DNA of 64,000 nucleotides from Nitrospirota bacterium. Lineage in GTDB: Bacteria > Nitrospirota > UBA9217. Below the pieces are notes generated by a model, which did not search any database, was not told the DNA's origin, and saw nothing but the letters and a program-made list of their open reading frames with translations. A program made the translations under genes and the position numbers. The DNA lies in NCBI GenBank assembly GCA_963840455.1, contig CAWIYV010000007.1, positions 96,001 to 160,000 of the forward strand, in the 5' to 3' direction. This document shows positions 19,689-30,071 of the stretch, in pieces (within the stretch, counting starts at the first letter, position 1; the number at the start of each line of letters is the position of its first letter).

Positions 19689-19792
19689 GCGGATCTGCGA
19701 GGATGAACGCGGATAGGGCAAAGAATATAAGCAGGGTATAACTATAATAAAAGAATTGGTTTTTAATCCGCGTCAATCAGATTTGATCCACG
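19689..19792. repeat. inverted-repeat element (CGGAT/ATCCG variant)
   Basis: GCGGATCTGCGAGGATGAACGCGGAT ... ATCCGCGTCAATCAGATTTGATCCAC around an AT-rich core. Confidence 0.6.
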
Positions 19793-19813
19793 TTCCAAAT
19801 TAGCTCTTCCCGT

Positions 19814-22255
19814 TTATTCGAATCGTTTCAACCGTAGCGAGTTCGTCACCACGCTGACCGAGCTGAAGGCCATGGCGGCCGAGGCGTACATGGGGTTCAG
19901 CAGGCCAGCGGCGCCGAACACGGGATACAGGGCCCCGGCAGCAACGGGAATGCCGATGACATTATAGAAGAACGCCCAGAAAAGGTTCATCCTGATGGTC
20001 CTCATGGTCCGGCGGGACAACCGCATGGCCGTCGCCACTACGCGAAGATCGTCCTTGATCAGGGTGACGTCCGACGCCTCGATGGCAACGTCCGTGCCTG
20101 TGCCGATGGCGATGCCTACGTCTGCCTGGGTGAGGGCCGGTGCGTCATTGATGCCGTCCCCGACCATGGCGACCACGCGCCCCTCGGCCTGAAGCTTCTT
20201 CACCACGTCCATCTTGTCATGAGGAAGAACCTCGGCCAACACCCGGTCGATGCCCAGTTCCTTGGCGATGGCTTCGGCCGTTCGGCGGTTGTCGCCGGTC
20301 AGCATCACGACCTCGAGACCCAGCGCCTTGAGGCCGGCCACGGCCTCTTTCGAGTGCTCCTTCGGCGTGTCCGCAACAGCGATGATGCCCATGGCCCTTC
20401 CGTCGATTGCCACGAACATGGGCGTCTTGCCCTGCGAGGAGAGCCGTGCAGCTTCAGTGGAAAGGGGGCCGAGATCCACCTTCCGGTCCGCCATCAGTTT
20501 CTCGTTCCCCAGAGCGACCTCCCTGCCCATAACCACTGCCTTGATACCGTGGCCGGGAAGCGCCTCGAAATTATCAGACTGCTCGAGCGAGATGCCTTTG
20601 TCCTGAGCGCCCTGGACGATCGCCTCGCCCAGTGGATGCTCAGAGCCTTTTTCCGCTGAACCAGCGAAGAAAAGGATGTCCTTCTCGCTCGAACCATGGA
20701 CCACAACATCGGTCACTTTCGGTTCGCCGCGCGTGAGCGTGCCGGTCTTGTCCAGTACGATGGTGTCGATCTTCTGTGCCCGTTCGAGGCTTTCCGCGTT
20801 CTTGAACAGGATGCCCTGCTCGGCGCCTTTGCCGGTTCCGACCATGATTGCCGTGGGTGTGGCGAGACCCATTGCACAGGGGCAGGCGATGATGAGTACG
20901 GCGATGAAGTTCACGAAGGCAAAGGTGAACCTCGTCTCTGCAGCGCCGACGAAATACCAGATGAGGAACGTCACGATCCCGATGGAGATGACCGTGGGTA
21001 CGAAGATGCTCGAGATGTAGTCTGCCAGCCGCTGGATGGGCGCCTTGGACCCCTGCGCCTCCTGGACCATGCGGATGATCTGGGCCAGCATGGTGTCCTT
21101 GCCGACCTTGTTCGCTTCGAAGGTGAAGGACCCTGTCTTGTTGATGGTCGCACCGATGACCGTGTCACCCGTCTTCTTGTCGACGGGAAGGCTCTCGCCG
21201 GTAAGCATGGACTCATCGACAGACGAATACCCGTTCCGGATAATGCCGTCCACCGGGACCTTCTCGCCCGGCCGGACGATGATAAGGTCTCCTGCCTCCA
21301 CGTCCTCGATCGGGATGTCCTGTTCAACGCCTTCCCTGAGCACGCGGGCAGTGCGAGGCTGGAGGCCCATGAGTTTTTTGATGGCCTCACCTGCACGGCT
21401 CTTGGCTCGCGCTTCAAGAAATTTACCGAAGAGGATCAACGTGATGATCATCGTGGCCGTGTCATAGTAGGCGCCGCCGTGGGCAGCGTAATGACCCAGA
21501 AGGGCGGGGAAGAAGGTGAGCACGACGCTGTAACCATAGGCTGCAGAGGTACCGACGACCACGAGGGTGTTCATATTCGTGCTACCGTGTTTGAGCGAGG
21601 CCCAGGCGTTCTGGTAGAAGTGGCGGCCTGCCCAGAACTGGACCGGCGTGGCCAGAAGGAACAGAATGAACCACATGGTCTGGCGGGGGAATAACGACAG
21701 GCCCGGTACCATGTCCTGCATGCTGCCGATCATGACGAGCGCGGACAGGGTCGCGCTGACGACAAGCTTGGTCTTGAGCTCCCTGAGCTCACGTTCCCGC
21801 GCTTCCTTCTCTATGTCCAGGGCTGAGCGGCCCTCGACCTGCTCGGGTAGCCTGAATCCTTCGCGTTCGATAGCGCGGCGGATGTCACGGAGACCGATCT
21901 GGCCGGGGATGTATTCCACGTCCGCGGTCCCTGCAGTAGGGTTCACCGTGGCCCTGAGCACGCCGTCGATGGCGCCTGCGATACGCTCAAGCTCAGAAGA
22001 TCGCGACACGTCAAGGTCGATGACCGGGATGGTGACCGTCTCCGTGACCGCCTGGTAGCCGGACTCGTGAATGCTGGACACGAACTTCTCGAGACCGGTG
22101 ACAGAAGGGTCGTATTCGATGACCGCCTTCTCGTTCGCGTAGTTGACGTTCGTGCTCTGAACGCCCACGAGCTTCGAGATGTCCTTCTGGATCGCGGCTG
22201 CGCAGTTGACGCAGGTCATGCCTTTGACCGGGATGACGGCTTTCTTTGTTTCCAT
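19814..22255 (-). CDS. copA: Cu(I)-translocating P1B-type ATPase
   Basis: GMTCVNC, TGES, CPC, DKTGT, SEHP, GDGIND, YN and MAFSS motifs. Confidence 0.93.
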   Translation of the reverse strand: METKKAVIPVKGMTCVNCAAAIQKDISKLVGVQSTNVNYANEKAVIEYDPSVTGLEKFVSSIHESGYQAVTETVTIPVIDLDVSRSSELERIAGAIDGVLRATVNPTAGTADVEYIPGQIGLRDIRRAIEREGFRLPEQVEGRSALDIEKEARERELRELKTKLVVSATLSALVMIGSMQDMVPGLSLFPRQTMWFILFLLATPVQFWAGRHFYQNAWASLKHGSTNMNTLVVVGTSAAYGYSVVLTFFPALLGHYAAHGGAYYDTATMIITLILFGKFLEARAKSRAGEAIKKLMGLQPRTARVLREGVEQDIPIEDVEAGDLIIVRPGEKVPVDGIIRNGYSSVDESMLTGESLPVDKKTGDTVIGATINKTGSFTFEANKVGKDTMLAQIIRMVQEAQGSKAPIQRLADYISSIFVPTVISIGIVTFLIWYFVGAAETRFTFAFVNFIAVLIIACPCAMGLATPTAIMVGTGKGAEQGILFKNAESLERAQKIDTIVLDKTGTLTRGEPKVTDVVVHGSSEKDILFFAGSAEKGSEHPLGEAIVQGAQDKGISLEQSDNFEALPGHGIKAVVMGREVALGNEKLMADRKVDLGPLSTEAARLSSQGKTPMFVAIDGRAMGIIAVADTPKEHSKEAVAGLKALGLEVVMLTGDNRRTAEAIAKELGIDRVLAEVLPHDKMDVVKKLQAEGRVVAMVGDGINDAPALTQADVGIAIGTGTDVAIEASDVTLIKDDLRVVATAMRLSRRTMRTIRMNLFWAFFYNVIGIPVAAGALYPVFGAAGLLNPMYASAAMAFSSVSVVTNSLRLKRFE

Positions 22256-22413
22256 TGATTTCATATTACCACAAAGCAGCTTTTGGACAAAGGGTGAAGC
22301 GGCTGGAAATGCGGGAATAGAACAGGATTTGATTGCACGGAGAGAGCGAAAGATCGAAGAAACGGGGCTCGGCGTGTTCTTGTTAATCGACAGTAGGGCG
22401 CACTGGCAGGGCA

Positions 22414-23505
22414 CTACTTCCGCTTATAGAACGGCAGTGAAACGATCTTCGCCGCGATCTCCTGGTCCTTCACTTCGATCTCGATCTCCTGGCCGGGCTG
22501 GGCATAGCGGACGGACACGTAGCCGAGGCCGATGTCCTTGCGGCGATGAGGGGAGTGTACCGCGCTGGTAGCAATGCCGATCTCGCGGCTTTCGGAGAAT
22601 ATGGTGGCGCCAGGCTTGGGAAGGCCTTTGTCAAGCAGTTCATAGCCGACGATGGTTTCTTTGACGCCCTCGGTCCTGCGCTTCACGATGGTGTCCTTGC
22701 CAATGAAGTCCTTTTTCAGGTCAACGACTGCCATGAGGCCAGCCTCGATGGGGGTGCGGTTCTCGTCGATGTCGTTCCCGTAGATGACGTAACCTGCTTC
22801 GAGTCGCAGCATGTCCCGGCAGGTCATGCCGCAGGGGAGGAGGCCTGTGTCTTTACCAGCCGCCAGAATTGCAGTCCAGAGGCTTGCTGCCTGGCCTGCC
22901 GGCAGGAAGATCTCGTAACCCCGCTCTCCCGTGAGTCCGGTCCGTGAGACCGTGACGGGTATGCCTGCCAGTGTGATCGTTTTGGCCTGTTTCTGCCTGA
23001 TCTTCTTGAAGTGTTCTCCGGCCACAGATTCCAGCAGCGCGTCGGCCTTGGGGCCTTGCAGGGCGAACTGTGCGAGCGCTCCTGACAGGTCCGTCACCTG
23101 GACGTTCTTGCCGGCGTGGTTCTCGATCCACTTCAGGAGCTTTTCCGTACAAACAGCGTTCGTCGTGACAAGGAACCGCTTGCCCGGCTGAGCTGGCGGA
23201 AGCTTGAAAACGATGGCATTATCCAGGATGCGGCCGGACTCGTTGCAGAAGAGGCCGTACTGGGCCGAGCCGTCGGTGAGCTTGGTCACGTTGCGGGTGA
23301 AAAGCGACTGGAGCAAAGACTCGGCGCCGGCGCCCGAGACCTCGATCCTGCCGAGGAAGCCTACATCGAACAGGCCCGCGGCGGCGCGGACAGCGTGGTG
23401 CTCGTCAGCAGGGTCCCCGAACTGGACAGGCATCATCCAGCCCTGGAACTCGGCCATTTTCGCAGCACACTGGCTATGGATGGAGTGCAGCGCGGTCTGT
23501 TTCAT
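22414..23505 (-). CDS. gcvT: glycine cleavage T / aminomethyltransferase family
   Basis: [31 protein letters not shown]. Slightly divergent. Confidence 0.8.
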   Translation of the reverse strand: MKQTALHSIHSQCAAKMAEFQGWMMPVQFGDPADEHHAVRAAAGLFDVGFLGRIEVSGAGAESLLQSLFTRNVTKLTDGSAQYGLFCNESGRILDNAIVFKLPPAQPGKRFLVTTNAVCTEKLLKWIENHAGKNVQVTDLSGALAQFALQGPKADALLESVAGEHFKKIRQKQAKTITLAGIPVTVSRTGLTGERGYEIFLPAGQAASLWTAILAAGKDTGLLPCGMTCRDMLRLEAGYVIYGNDIDENRTPIEAGLMAVVDLKKDFIGKDTIVKRRTEGVKETIVGYELLDKGLPKPGATIFSESREIGIATSAVHSPHRRKDIGLGYVSVRYAQPGQEIEIEVKDQEIAAKIVSLPFYKRK

Positions 23506-23559
23506 CGATCTCTCCGATCACCGTACGGGTAATGTCAACCGGCTCAGGAACAGGGGGGG

Positions 23560-24624
23560 TCAATCCTTGATTCTGAAGCGCTCCGGGTCCCGCTTCGGGT
23601 CGGAGAGATGATGGAGGTCCTGGGGCTTGAACGCGCCTTTCTCGGTGATGATCGCCGTGATGTACCGGGCAGGGGTGATGTCGAACGCCGGGTTCAGCAC
23701 GTTCACGCCATCCGGGGCGATCTGCGTCTTGCCGAGCACGTGGGTCACCTCGCGCGGGTCCCGCTCCTCAATGGGGATGTCGAAGCCCGTCGCCGTATCG
23801 TAATCGACGGTCGAGAAGGGGGCCGCGACATAGAAGGGGATGCCGTGCTCCTTGCACAGCACCGCCAGGGGATAGGTGCCGATCTTGTTGGCAACGTCGC
23901 CGTTCCGGGCAATGCGGTCGGCGCCGACGATGGCAACATCGACCATATCGCGGTACAGGAGGTAGCCGGCCATGCTGTCGGTCACGAGCGTGCACGGGAT
24001 CTTCTCCTCCATGAGCTCCCACGCTGTGAGACGCGCGCCCTGGAGCACGGGCCGGGTCTCGTCGATGTAGACGTGGATCTTCTTGCCTTCCTCGACTGCC
24101 GCGCGCATCACGCCCTCGGCCGTTCCGTAGCCCGCCGTGGCGATGGAGCCAGCATTGCAGTGCGTGATGATGTTGTCCTCGTCGGCAATGAAGGCTGCGC
24201 CGAAGGCCCCGATGCGCTTGTTCGTTGCGATGTCCTCATCGAGCATCTTCTGCGATTCCTTCACGAGCAGCTCGCGGATGGCGTCGAGAGGCAGCTCCTT
24301 GTTCTTCTGGACGAACGATTTGATCCGCTCGATGGCCCAGAAGAGGTTCACCGCCGTGGGACGGGTAGCGGCCATTTCGCCGCAGATGGCCTCGAACTTC
24401 GGCCAGAAGTCATCGAAGCCAGATGCCTCGACCTGCTTAGCGCCGAGGGCCAGGCCCATGGCGGCCGAGACGCCGATGGCCGGAGCGCCTCGCACCCAGA
24501 GCTCTTTGATGCCGCGTGCGACAGTCTGGTAGTCCCTGCATTCCTGGTAAACCGTCTCGAAGGGGAGTTTTGTCTGGTCAAGCATCATAACGATGCCGTT
24601 CTTCCACTCTACCGTGGGGATCAT
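23560..24624 (-). CDS. mtnA: methylthioribose-1-phosphate isomerase
   Basis: VRGAPAIG, RPTAVNL, THCNAG, ETRPVLQGARLT, NKIGT. Confidence 0.95.
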   Translation of the reverse strand: MIPTVEWKNGIVMMLDQTKLPFETVYQECRDYQTVARGIKELWVRGAPAIGVSAAMGLALGAKQVEASGFDDFWPKFEAICGEMAATRPTAVNLFWAIERIKSFVQKNKELPLDAIRELLVKESQKMLDEDIATNKRIGAFGAAFIADEDNIITHCNAGSIATAGYGTAEGVMRAAVEEGKKIHVYIDETRPVLQGARLTAWELMEEKIPCTLVTDSMAGYLLYRDMVDVAIVGADRIARNGDVANKIGTYPLAVLCKEHGIPFYVAAPFSTVDYDTATGFDIPIEERDPREVTHVLGKTQIAPDGVNVLNPAFDITPARYITAIITEKGAFKPQDLHHLSDPKRDPERFRIKD

Positions 24625-24666
24625 GAAGGGTCTCCTTTTGGGGATATGAACCGGTTCCGATGTACT

Positions 24667-24695
24667 ACTATAAAGGATGCAAGCGTGGTTGTCAA
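24667..24695 (-). promoter_or_regulatory. sigma70 promoter of mtnA-gcvT
   Basis: TTGACA-17 bp-TATAGT. Confidence 0.6.
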
Positions 24696-24735
24696 AAAAA
24701 ATCGGGGAAAACGCCGATAAAAAGGCGCCCGGTGC

Positions 24736-25644
24736 TTAGGAACAGCGCTGGACCGCCAGCGTCCCCGAGCGGCCGTCCACGATACCCTCCGCCAGGTCGC
24801 ATATGGGCAGGGACGAGGGGTCCTGCAGGAGGCCTAGGACGACGTCGCGCAGCAGCATGGACCGGACACCGCGGGCCTTCGCCTGCCCCAGGAAACGGCG
24901 GAACAGGGAGAGGTATTTCATACCCTCGAGCTCGGCATGGATGGTCAGTACGTTCGGTATGCCGGGCTTGAGCAGGGAAAGATAGTGATCAACGAGACGC
25001 TCCTCGGGATACTCGGGTCTGCCCAGGAGCTCGTCCAACGTCGGCAAGGTGGTCGGGACCTGCAGGGTCTTGAAGGTCCGGCCGCCGCATTGCGGAAAGA
25101 ACGGGTGGGTCCCCCGTGCATCGCTGGCGTAGAGCAGGCCCGCCTCATCATATACGCCGAGGCTCAGCGCGTTGGCCTGCCAGCCTGCTGCGCCCGCTGT
25201 CCGGGCCGGCTCGCCGAAGATGCGCTCGAACTCCTTCCGGGCCTTCCCGAACTCTTCCCGAACTTCGTTCTCGCTCATGTTTACGAGCCCGTCCTGCCAG
25301 CGTATGTGGTCGTAGCAGTGGATGCCCGGTTCGTGGCCCCTGTCCCGGACCTGCCGCATGACGGCCTCGTTCCGCCTGCCTATGTGCGGCCCGGGGAGCA
25401 GCACGCCATTCAGGAGGGTGCGTATGCCGTAGACGCTGACCACGCTGGTCCGCGAGACCTTGGCGAAGAACCCGGGACGGAAGATGCGCTTGATGGCCCT
25501 GCCCGTGTTGTCCGGGCCGAGGGAGAACAGGAAGGTCGCCTTGACGCCGAAATCATCGAAGAGCGACAGGAGGTTCGGCACGCCGATGCGCGTGCCGCGG
25601 TCGGTGTCGATGTCGATCTTGATGGAGAGGAGGGGACTAGTCAT
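24736..25644 (-). CDS. arnD: ArnD-like deformylase (polysaccharide deacetylase fold)
   Basis: KIDIDT.RGT..GVP, GPDNTGR, HCYDH, PTTLPTLDE, TIHAELEG. arn context. Confidence 0.85.
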   Translation of the reverse strand: MTSPLLSIKIDIDTDRGTRIGVPNLLSLFDDFGVKATFLFSLGPDNTGRAIKRIFRPGFFAKVSRTSVVSVYGIRTLLNGVLLPGPHIGRRNEAVMRQVRDRGHEPGIHCYDHIRWQDGLVNMSENEVREEFGKARKEFERIFGEPARTAGAAGWQANALSLGVYDEAGLLYASDARGTHPFFPQCGGRTFKTLQVPTTLPTLDELLGRPEYPEERLVDHYLSLLKPGIPNVLTIHAELEGMKYLSLFRRFLGQAKARGVRSMLLRDVVLGLLQDPSSLPICDLAEGIVDGRSGTLAVQRCS

Positions 25645-25654
25645 TGTGTTTACT

Positions 25655-25713
25655 GGTTAACGCGCGCCTGACGCGCCGCTTTTGGCGCGTTGCTGTCGAG
25701 GCGCAGGTTGGGA
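25655..25713 (-). other. attC site (higBA cassette)
   Basis: R'' TCCCAAC, L'' GCCT(C)GAC / L' GTCAGGC, R' GTTAACC. Confidence 0.85.
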
Positions 25714-25735
25714 CATTTGCATGGATAGAGACGGC

Positions 25736-26053
25736 TTAGATGTGAGCTAAGGCAGGTAATCTTTTTATCTTCTTTATCTCTTTTGCAGTTGATGAGTGGG
25801 TTACATGATATAAATCCCAAGCCAGCTGCAAATTAAGCCAAAACTGCGCCTCCATGCCAAATAATTTCTCCAGACGAAGTGCTGTGTCAGGAGTGATTCC
25901 TCGCTTCGCATGAATCAGTTCATTAACGCGAGGGTATGAAACTCCGAGCTTTTCCGCCAACTCGCTCTGTGTTATTTTCAGAGGCTTGAGAAACTCCTCC
26001 AACAACATTTCGCCGGGGTGCGTCGGCGGACCATATTTAGGTATACGTACCAT
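25736..26053 (-). CDS. higA: HigA antitoxin (cassette)
   Basis: PTHPGEML.EEFL, TALRL, FWLNLQ. Confidence 0.93.
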   Translation of the reverse strand: MVRIPKYGPPTHPGEMLLEEFLKPLKITQSELAEKLGVSYPRVNELIHAKRGITPDTALRLEKLFGMEAQFWLNLQLAWDLYHVTHSSTAKEIKKIKRLPALAHI

Positions 26054-26071
26054 CTTCTTCTCCTTCACTCG

Positions 26072-26365
26072 TCAGTGGTAATCGGTGATTTCTACGTTTT
26101 CCACGCCATCATCCGTCCACACAAAACAAACGCGGAACTGATCGTTAATCCGTATGCTATGCTGACCCTTCCGATCATGTTTAAGGGCTTCCAGTAAATT
26201 CCCCGGTGGAATTTTCAAGGATTCCAGGGAAACAACTCCATTTAGCTGATCAAGTTTTCGCTGTGCTATACGCCAGATTTGCTGCGGACAGGTTTCTCTA
26301 GCTTCTTTGGTGTTTCTTCTGTCAAAGATGTCCTCAGTGCCCTTGTCGCGAAACGATTTTATCAC
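26072..26365 (-). CDS. higB: HigB/RelE-family toxin (cassette)
   Basis: IKSF, PPGN.LEAL..DRKGQHSIRINDQFRVCF, DYH end. Confidence 0.93.
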   Translation of the reverse strand: MIKSFRDKGTEDIFDRRNTKEARETCPQQIWRIAQRKLDQLNGVVSLESLKIPPGNLLEALKHDRKGQHSIRINDQFRVCFVWTDDGVENVEITDYH

Positions 26366-26402
26366 CAGGCGTCCCCATCGGCTTAATCCATCACTACGAT
26401 AG

Positions 26403-26431
26403 ATTATAACGGATACCGTTATATATGGCAA
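26403..26431 (-). promoter_or_regulatory. higBA promoter with palindromic operator
   Basis: TTGCCA-17 bp-TATAAT, overlapped by the perfect inverted repeat TATAACGG-ATA-CCGTTATA (26405-26423). Confidence 0.85.
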
Positions 26432-26445
26432 CAGCTATTTGACTG

Positions 26446-26679
26446 TCATAACCGGCATCTTACTGCACCAAAGATAATACCGAAACCGCCACAAAACAAG
26501 CAGGTTAGTAATGGCGGTGGACCGGCATAAGGATTCGATGCAACATTCATGGCACCAACCTGAATGAGTCGAAGCCAGGCGCCCCCAAAAAATAATGCAA
26601 AGCCAATCAGGGCAAAAAGAAACATCCGCAAATACAATTGTGTTCTCGATTTGGATTCGGAATTATTGTCGCTCGTCAT
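26446..26679 (-). CDS. small two-TM protein (cassette, possibly truncated)
   Basis: GAGG RBS just after an attC R'. Stop codon lies within the GTTATGA junction. Confidence 0.6.
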   Translation of the reverse strand: MTSDNNSESKSRTQLYLRMFLFALIGFALFFGGAWLRLIQVGAMNVASNPYAGPPPLLTCLFCGGFGIIFGAVRCRL

Positions 26680-26695
26680 GAATGTACCTCGCACA

Positions 26696-26753
26696 ATACA
26701 ACGACAGTGCTCACTTGCGTGTGCAGCATGTCAGGTGGAGCACATTGTTAGAC
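26696..26753 (-). other. attC site
   Basis: R'' GTCTAAC, L'' GCTC(C)AC / L' GTGAGC, R' GTTGTAT. Confidence 0.9.
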
Positions 26754-26830
26754 AGTTTCGTTTTGAGGCTACGATTGTCACATGCTTGCCAAAGACATGA
26801 ACCTGCAACGTATAGACTTTTCACTCTCCT

Positions 26831-27202
26831 TTACCAGGTTTGAGTAGCAGAATCGATGGTAACGGCTAAGGTGGCTCGCAGCCAATTGAACTTTGCTTTC
26901 ATGAAATCAAAATCAGGTCCGGATGTGATGAAGGTCGCCTTTCCCTTGATCAAAAACCCGGCACCTGCCCCGTGCAAGCCCTTAACCTTGCTGCTTCCCA
27001 GCGTAATCAACACATTCGGGTTGTGGGCAATGTTAGCCTCTGTCCTATGCATGTAACCCGCAGGAATAAACAATCGTCCGTCTGACGATATTCTGATGTA
27101 GCTATTCCAGGTGTTGACCATATGCGGCCCATCCTTTCCCAATGTCGCAATGGCAACAACCCCATCTTGTTTCATAATTTCCAGCAGTTTTTCCGGGATC
27201 AT
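26831..27202 (-). CDS. pyridoxamine 5'-phosphate oxidase-like FMN-binding protein (cassette)
   Basis: GVVAIAT...PHMVNTWNSY, TEANI, GFLIKG. Confidence 0.85.
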   Translation of the reverse strand: MIPEKLLEIMKQDGVVAIATLGKDGPHMVNTWNSYIRISSDGRLFIPAGYMHRTEANIAHNPNVLITLGSSKVKGLHGAGAGFLIKGKATFITSGPDFDFMKAKFNWLRATLAVTIDSATQTW

Positions 27203-27244
27203 CGTGATACCTCCTATTGTTTCTATTGTTTGGCTCGTTGTTCT

Positions 27245-27316
27245 GTCTAACGTTTGATATGAGGGGTGCACAAAAGGCGCAGCCTTTTGGGCATCCCCTC
27301 GATGGAAGGGCTAGGC
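27245..27316 (-). other. attC site with variant R''
   Basis: R'' GCCTAGC, stem GAGGGGATGCCCAAAAGG/CCTTTTGTGCACCCCTC, R' GTTAGAC. Confidence 0.9.
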
Positions 27317-27718
27317 ATCGCCCGCGGCGTCGAGCATGGGTTTGAATCCGGCGGCAATAAGGCGTCTCCCGTCGAAGGTAGGTGGCTGATGCGCAAACTG
27401 CATGCGTGGATCACTCGTAAGATTCTCCATGCCTGCGTCTCTCGTGGCCTTATCTGGCCACTCTACGAACGACATCACGACGGTTTCGCCCTTACGTGCT
27501 CCTGCAGCTTGAACGAAGGTCCCATACTGTTTGGACTCCTGTCTTGCGTCGGTCGCATGGTACGACGAGGCTTCTGGTCCAGAGTCATCCAGCCAGCACT
27601 CGACCACGCGCGTTGCACCGTACTCTCGTAGTACCTCAGCAGAGATACGCGCCAGTTCCTCGTAGGCTGTTCTGTTCTCGATTGGAACTGGTGCGAGGTA
27701 GCAGTCAATGTAGGACAT
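27311..27718 (-). CDS. DUF1428 (YbaA-like) protein (cassette)
   Basis: MSYID...PVP, GATRVVECW.DD, ETVVMSFVEWPDKATRD, FDGRRLI..GF. Confidence 0.9.
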   Translation of the reverse strand: MSYIDCYLAPVPIENRTAYEELARISAEVLREYGATRVVECWLDDSGPEASSYHATDARQESKQYGTFVQAAGARKGETVVMSFVEWPDKATRDAGMENLTSDPRMQFAHQPPTFDGRRLIAAGFKPMLDAAGDA

Positions 27719-27738
27719 GCGCTGTCTCCTGATGCGAG

Positions 27739-27796
27739 GCCTAACGCGCGCGTGAGGAGCGTGCTTTTCGCGACTCACTCGACGCGCTGGTTGGAC
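27739..27796 (-). other. attC site
   Basis: R'' GTCCAAC, CGCGTCGAG/CTCACGCG stem, R' GTTAGGC. Confidence 0.9.
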
Positions 27797-27803
27797 GGAA
27801 TGT

Positions 27804-28346
27804 TCAATCGACGTAGTAGAACCACCCAACTGATGAAACGATAGAATTGTTGAATTGTATCTTGACGATGTCCTCTCCAGGATCATCGACATTATATACG
27901 GGTATATATTTGAAGATGGCCCCATCCACACTAGTCGGATCTCCGAACTTTTCCTTTATTGTTTTCTCGTCCTGGCCAATAAGTTCTGGCAACAGACCTG
28001 GTCGATTTTCTGTGAGGCGGACGGTAAGTAACATTTCTTTTTTGAAGGAAGGGACATCATAGATGCGTACGACAAGCCCTTTATATGTAAGGGTATGGAT
28101 TTGATCGATTTGTTTAGGATTGTGACGGTTTGTAAGTTGCTCTGTGCTTATAATAGAAGGAGGGCCGAGCTTGGATTGAACTGAACTGGGGCTTTCTCCG
28201 AGATTCTTCATGGGAGCGCTAATCAACTCATTAATGTGCTTAATGAACGCAGCTTTTCTTTCCGCTGGTGTCTCTCGGTGACATGAAATCACGGATAGAA
28301 TGTAGAGTATCAACAGACAAGTAGATAGATATTTGCTTTTGTTCAT
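27804..28346 (-). CDS. hypothetical lipoprotein (first cassette)
   Basis: AT-rich, lipobox-like VISC, two repeated LG.P/FG.P motifs. Confidence 0.75.
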   Translation of the reverse strand: MNKSKYLSTCLLILYILSVISCHRETPAERKAAFIKHINELISAPMKNLGESPSSVQSKLGPPSIISTEQLTNRHNPKQIDQIHTLTYKGLVVRIYDVPSFKKEMLLTVRLTENRPGLLPELIGQDEKTIKEKFGDPTSVDGAIFKYIPVYNVDDPGEDIVKIQFNNSIVSSVGWFYYVD

Positions 28347-28359
28347 CGTAATTATCACA

Positions 28360-28385
28360 GTACAACCAGTTATTATCTGTGGGAC
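28360..28385 (-). other. attI site (core GTTGTAC)
   Basis: The core is complementary (1 mismatch) to R'' GTCCAAC of cassette 1 and lies between Pc and the first cassette. Confidence 0.7.
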
Positions 28386-28387
28386 TT

Positions 28388-28416
28388 ATCGTAGCATAGA
28401 CTAGCCGCTCGGTCAA
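28388..28416 (-). promoter_or_regulatory. cassette promoter Pc candidate
   Basis: TTGACC-17 bp-TACGAT with extended TG, pointing into attI. Confidence 0.65.
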
Positions 28417-29082
28417 CGAAGTAGGAAATAATTGAGGGCCTATTAAATTGATTTTATTACATTTGGGTCAAACGGCTAACATGCACTTTATGGAATATCT
28501 GAAAATCCGAAATAACATGCAAATTCGGAATATCCTTTTGAGGGGGGATAACAGCATGGAGCCCATCCCGAATGACATTCTGACGCAGTTTAATGCAGTA
28601 TTGGCTCTAAAAGCCGTTCCGTCGGCATCGCACGACGATTACCGGAAGTGGTTGCGCTATTTTCTTGATTACCGGCTCAAGTATCCTCCACCGGAGCAGA
28701 GATCGGAGCAGGTACGATTGTTCATCGAGAAGCTCCGCTCGAAAGGCGAGTCCGGCAGGTCCCTAAACGACGCTGCGCATGCTCTCTCGCTCTTCTTCGC
28801 GCTGCGATCGCCACAGGCCGGAACAACTGCTCTCGCAGGGGATCAGATGCGGTCGCTTGGCATCGCCGAGATATCGTCGGTTGCGCGCGGCGTTCCATTG
28901 GCAAAGCAGGGTGCGCGGGAAGTCGATTCCGGCGGGTATGTCGCGGCAGCGGCAGGAAAGATGCCGCAAAACAGGGGCGGCAGGAAATATAACGAGTGGT
29001 GGTCCCTGGAAAGGGCAAGATCGCCTGAATGGGATGCTGTCGTCATCGATAGGCTGGCAGGAGAGATCAAAGCGCGGCACTA

Positions 29083-29167
29083 TTTAAGCTCCAAAATGAA
29101 AGAGCATAGAGCTTCGATTCTCAAGGTGTAAGCATAATCGTATCCGCTCGCTCCGCTCACTCCAGAA
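29083..29167 (-). mobile_element. degenerate miniature IS200/IS605-like element (85 bp) in intI
   Basis: Removal restores CAC TAT TCG CGT (H-Y-S-R). Confidence 0.8.
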
Positions 29168-29594
29168 TTCGCGTAAGACGCTGAAGGCCTATGCCGGCTG
29201 GTCGCGAAAGTTCCAGATCTACCTGAAGAACAAGCCGCCCCAGGACCTGTCAGCTGATGATGTGAAGTCCTATCTGACCCATCTCGCCGTCCAGTGCAAA
29301 GTGTCGGCGTCTACCCAGAACCAGGCCTTCAACTCGCTCCTGTTCCTATTCCGGCACATACTGAAGCGGGACTTTGGCGACCACAAGGACATTCCGCGAG
29401 CAAAGCGTTCGAGCTATATCCCCGTGGGGCTCACGCGCCAGGAGATCGATTCGGTCCTTCAGCATCTGACGCCCTCCTCTGACCTGGTCGTGAAGCTCCT
29501 GTACGGGTGCGGCCTGCGGCTTTTCGAGTGCGCCAAGCTTCGTCTCGAAAATTTCAATATCGAGGCAACATGGTTGCCCGAATAATAAGATTTC

Positions 29595-30071
29595 ACCGCG
29601 AAGGCGCGAAGGACGCGAGGACGTCCATAGGAGGGACCCAGTGAGAGATATCGAAACTATCGCCTCAAAGATCGTTGCAGCTGCAATGAAAGTCCATACT
29701 GTTCTGGGCCCAGGCTTGTTGGAATCAGCCTATCAGAAATGTATGCAATATGAATTGCAGAAAGACGGGTTAAAGGTAGCGTGTGAAGCGGCTTTGCCGA
29801 TCGTTTATGAAAAGATAACCATTGATGCGGGTTATCGAATTGATATGATGGCAGATGACATGATTATCATCGAAAATATAACGGTGGAAAAACTGCTGCC
29901 GATCCATGAGGCTCAATTGCTGACATATTTGAAGCTGAGAAGCTGCAAGCTGGATTCCTTCTTAACTGGAATGTACCGCGTAGGAAAGATGGTATCAAGA
30001 GGATGGTCAACAATCTATGAAGGTTGCGTCTCAATGTTAAGGTTTCCTCGCGTTCCTTGCGCCTTCGCGGT
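29595..30071 (+). mobile_element. GxxExxY module bounded by 26-bp inverted repeats
   Basis: Left arm ACCGCGAAGGCGCGAAGGACGCGAGG, right arm CCTCGCGTTCCTTGCGCCTTCGCGGT. Confidence 0.75.
29641..30020 (+). pseudogene. GxxExxY family protein (frameshifted)
   Basis: VHTVLGPGLLESAY, YRIDM, HEAQLLTYLKL. A 1-bp deletion lies near 29952, and the shifted frame gives GFLLNWNV...GIKRMVNNL*. Confidence 0.88.
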
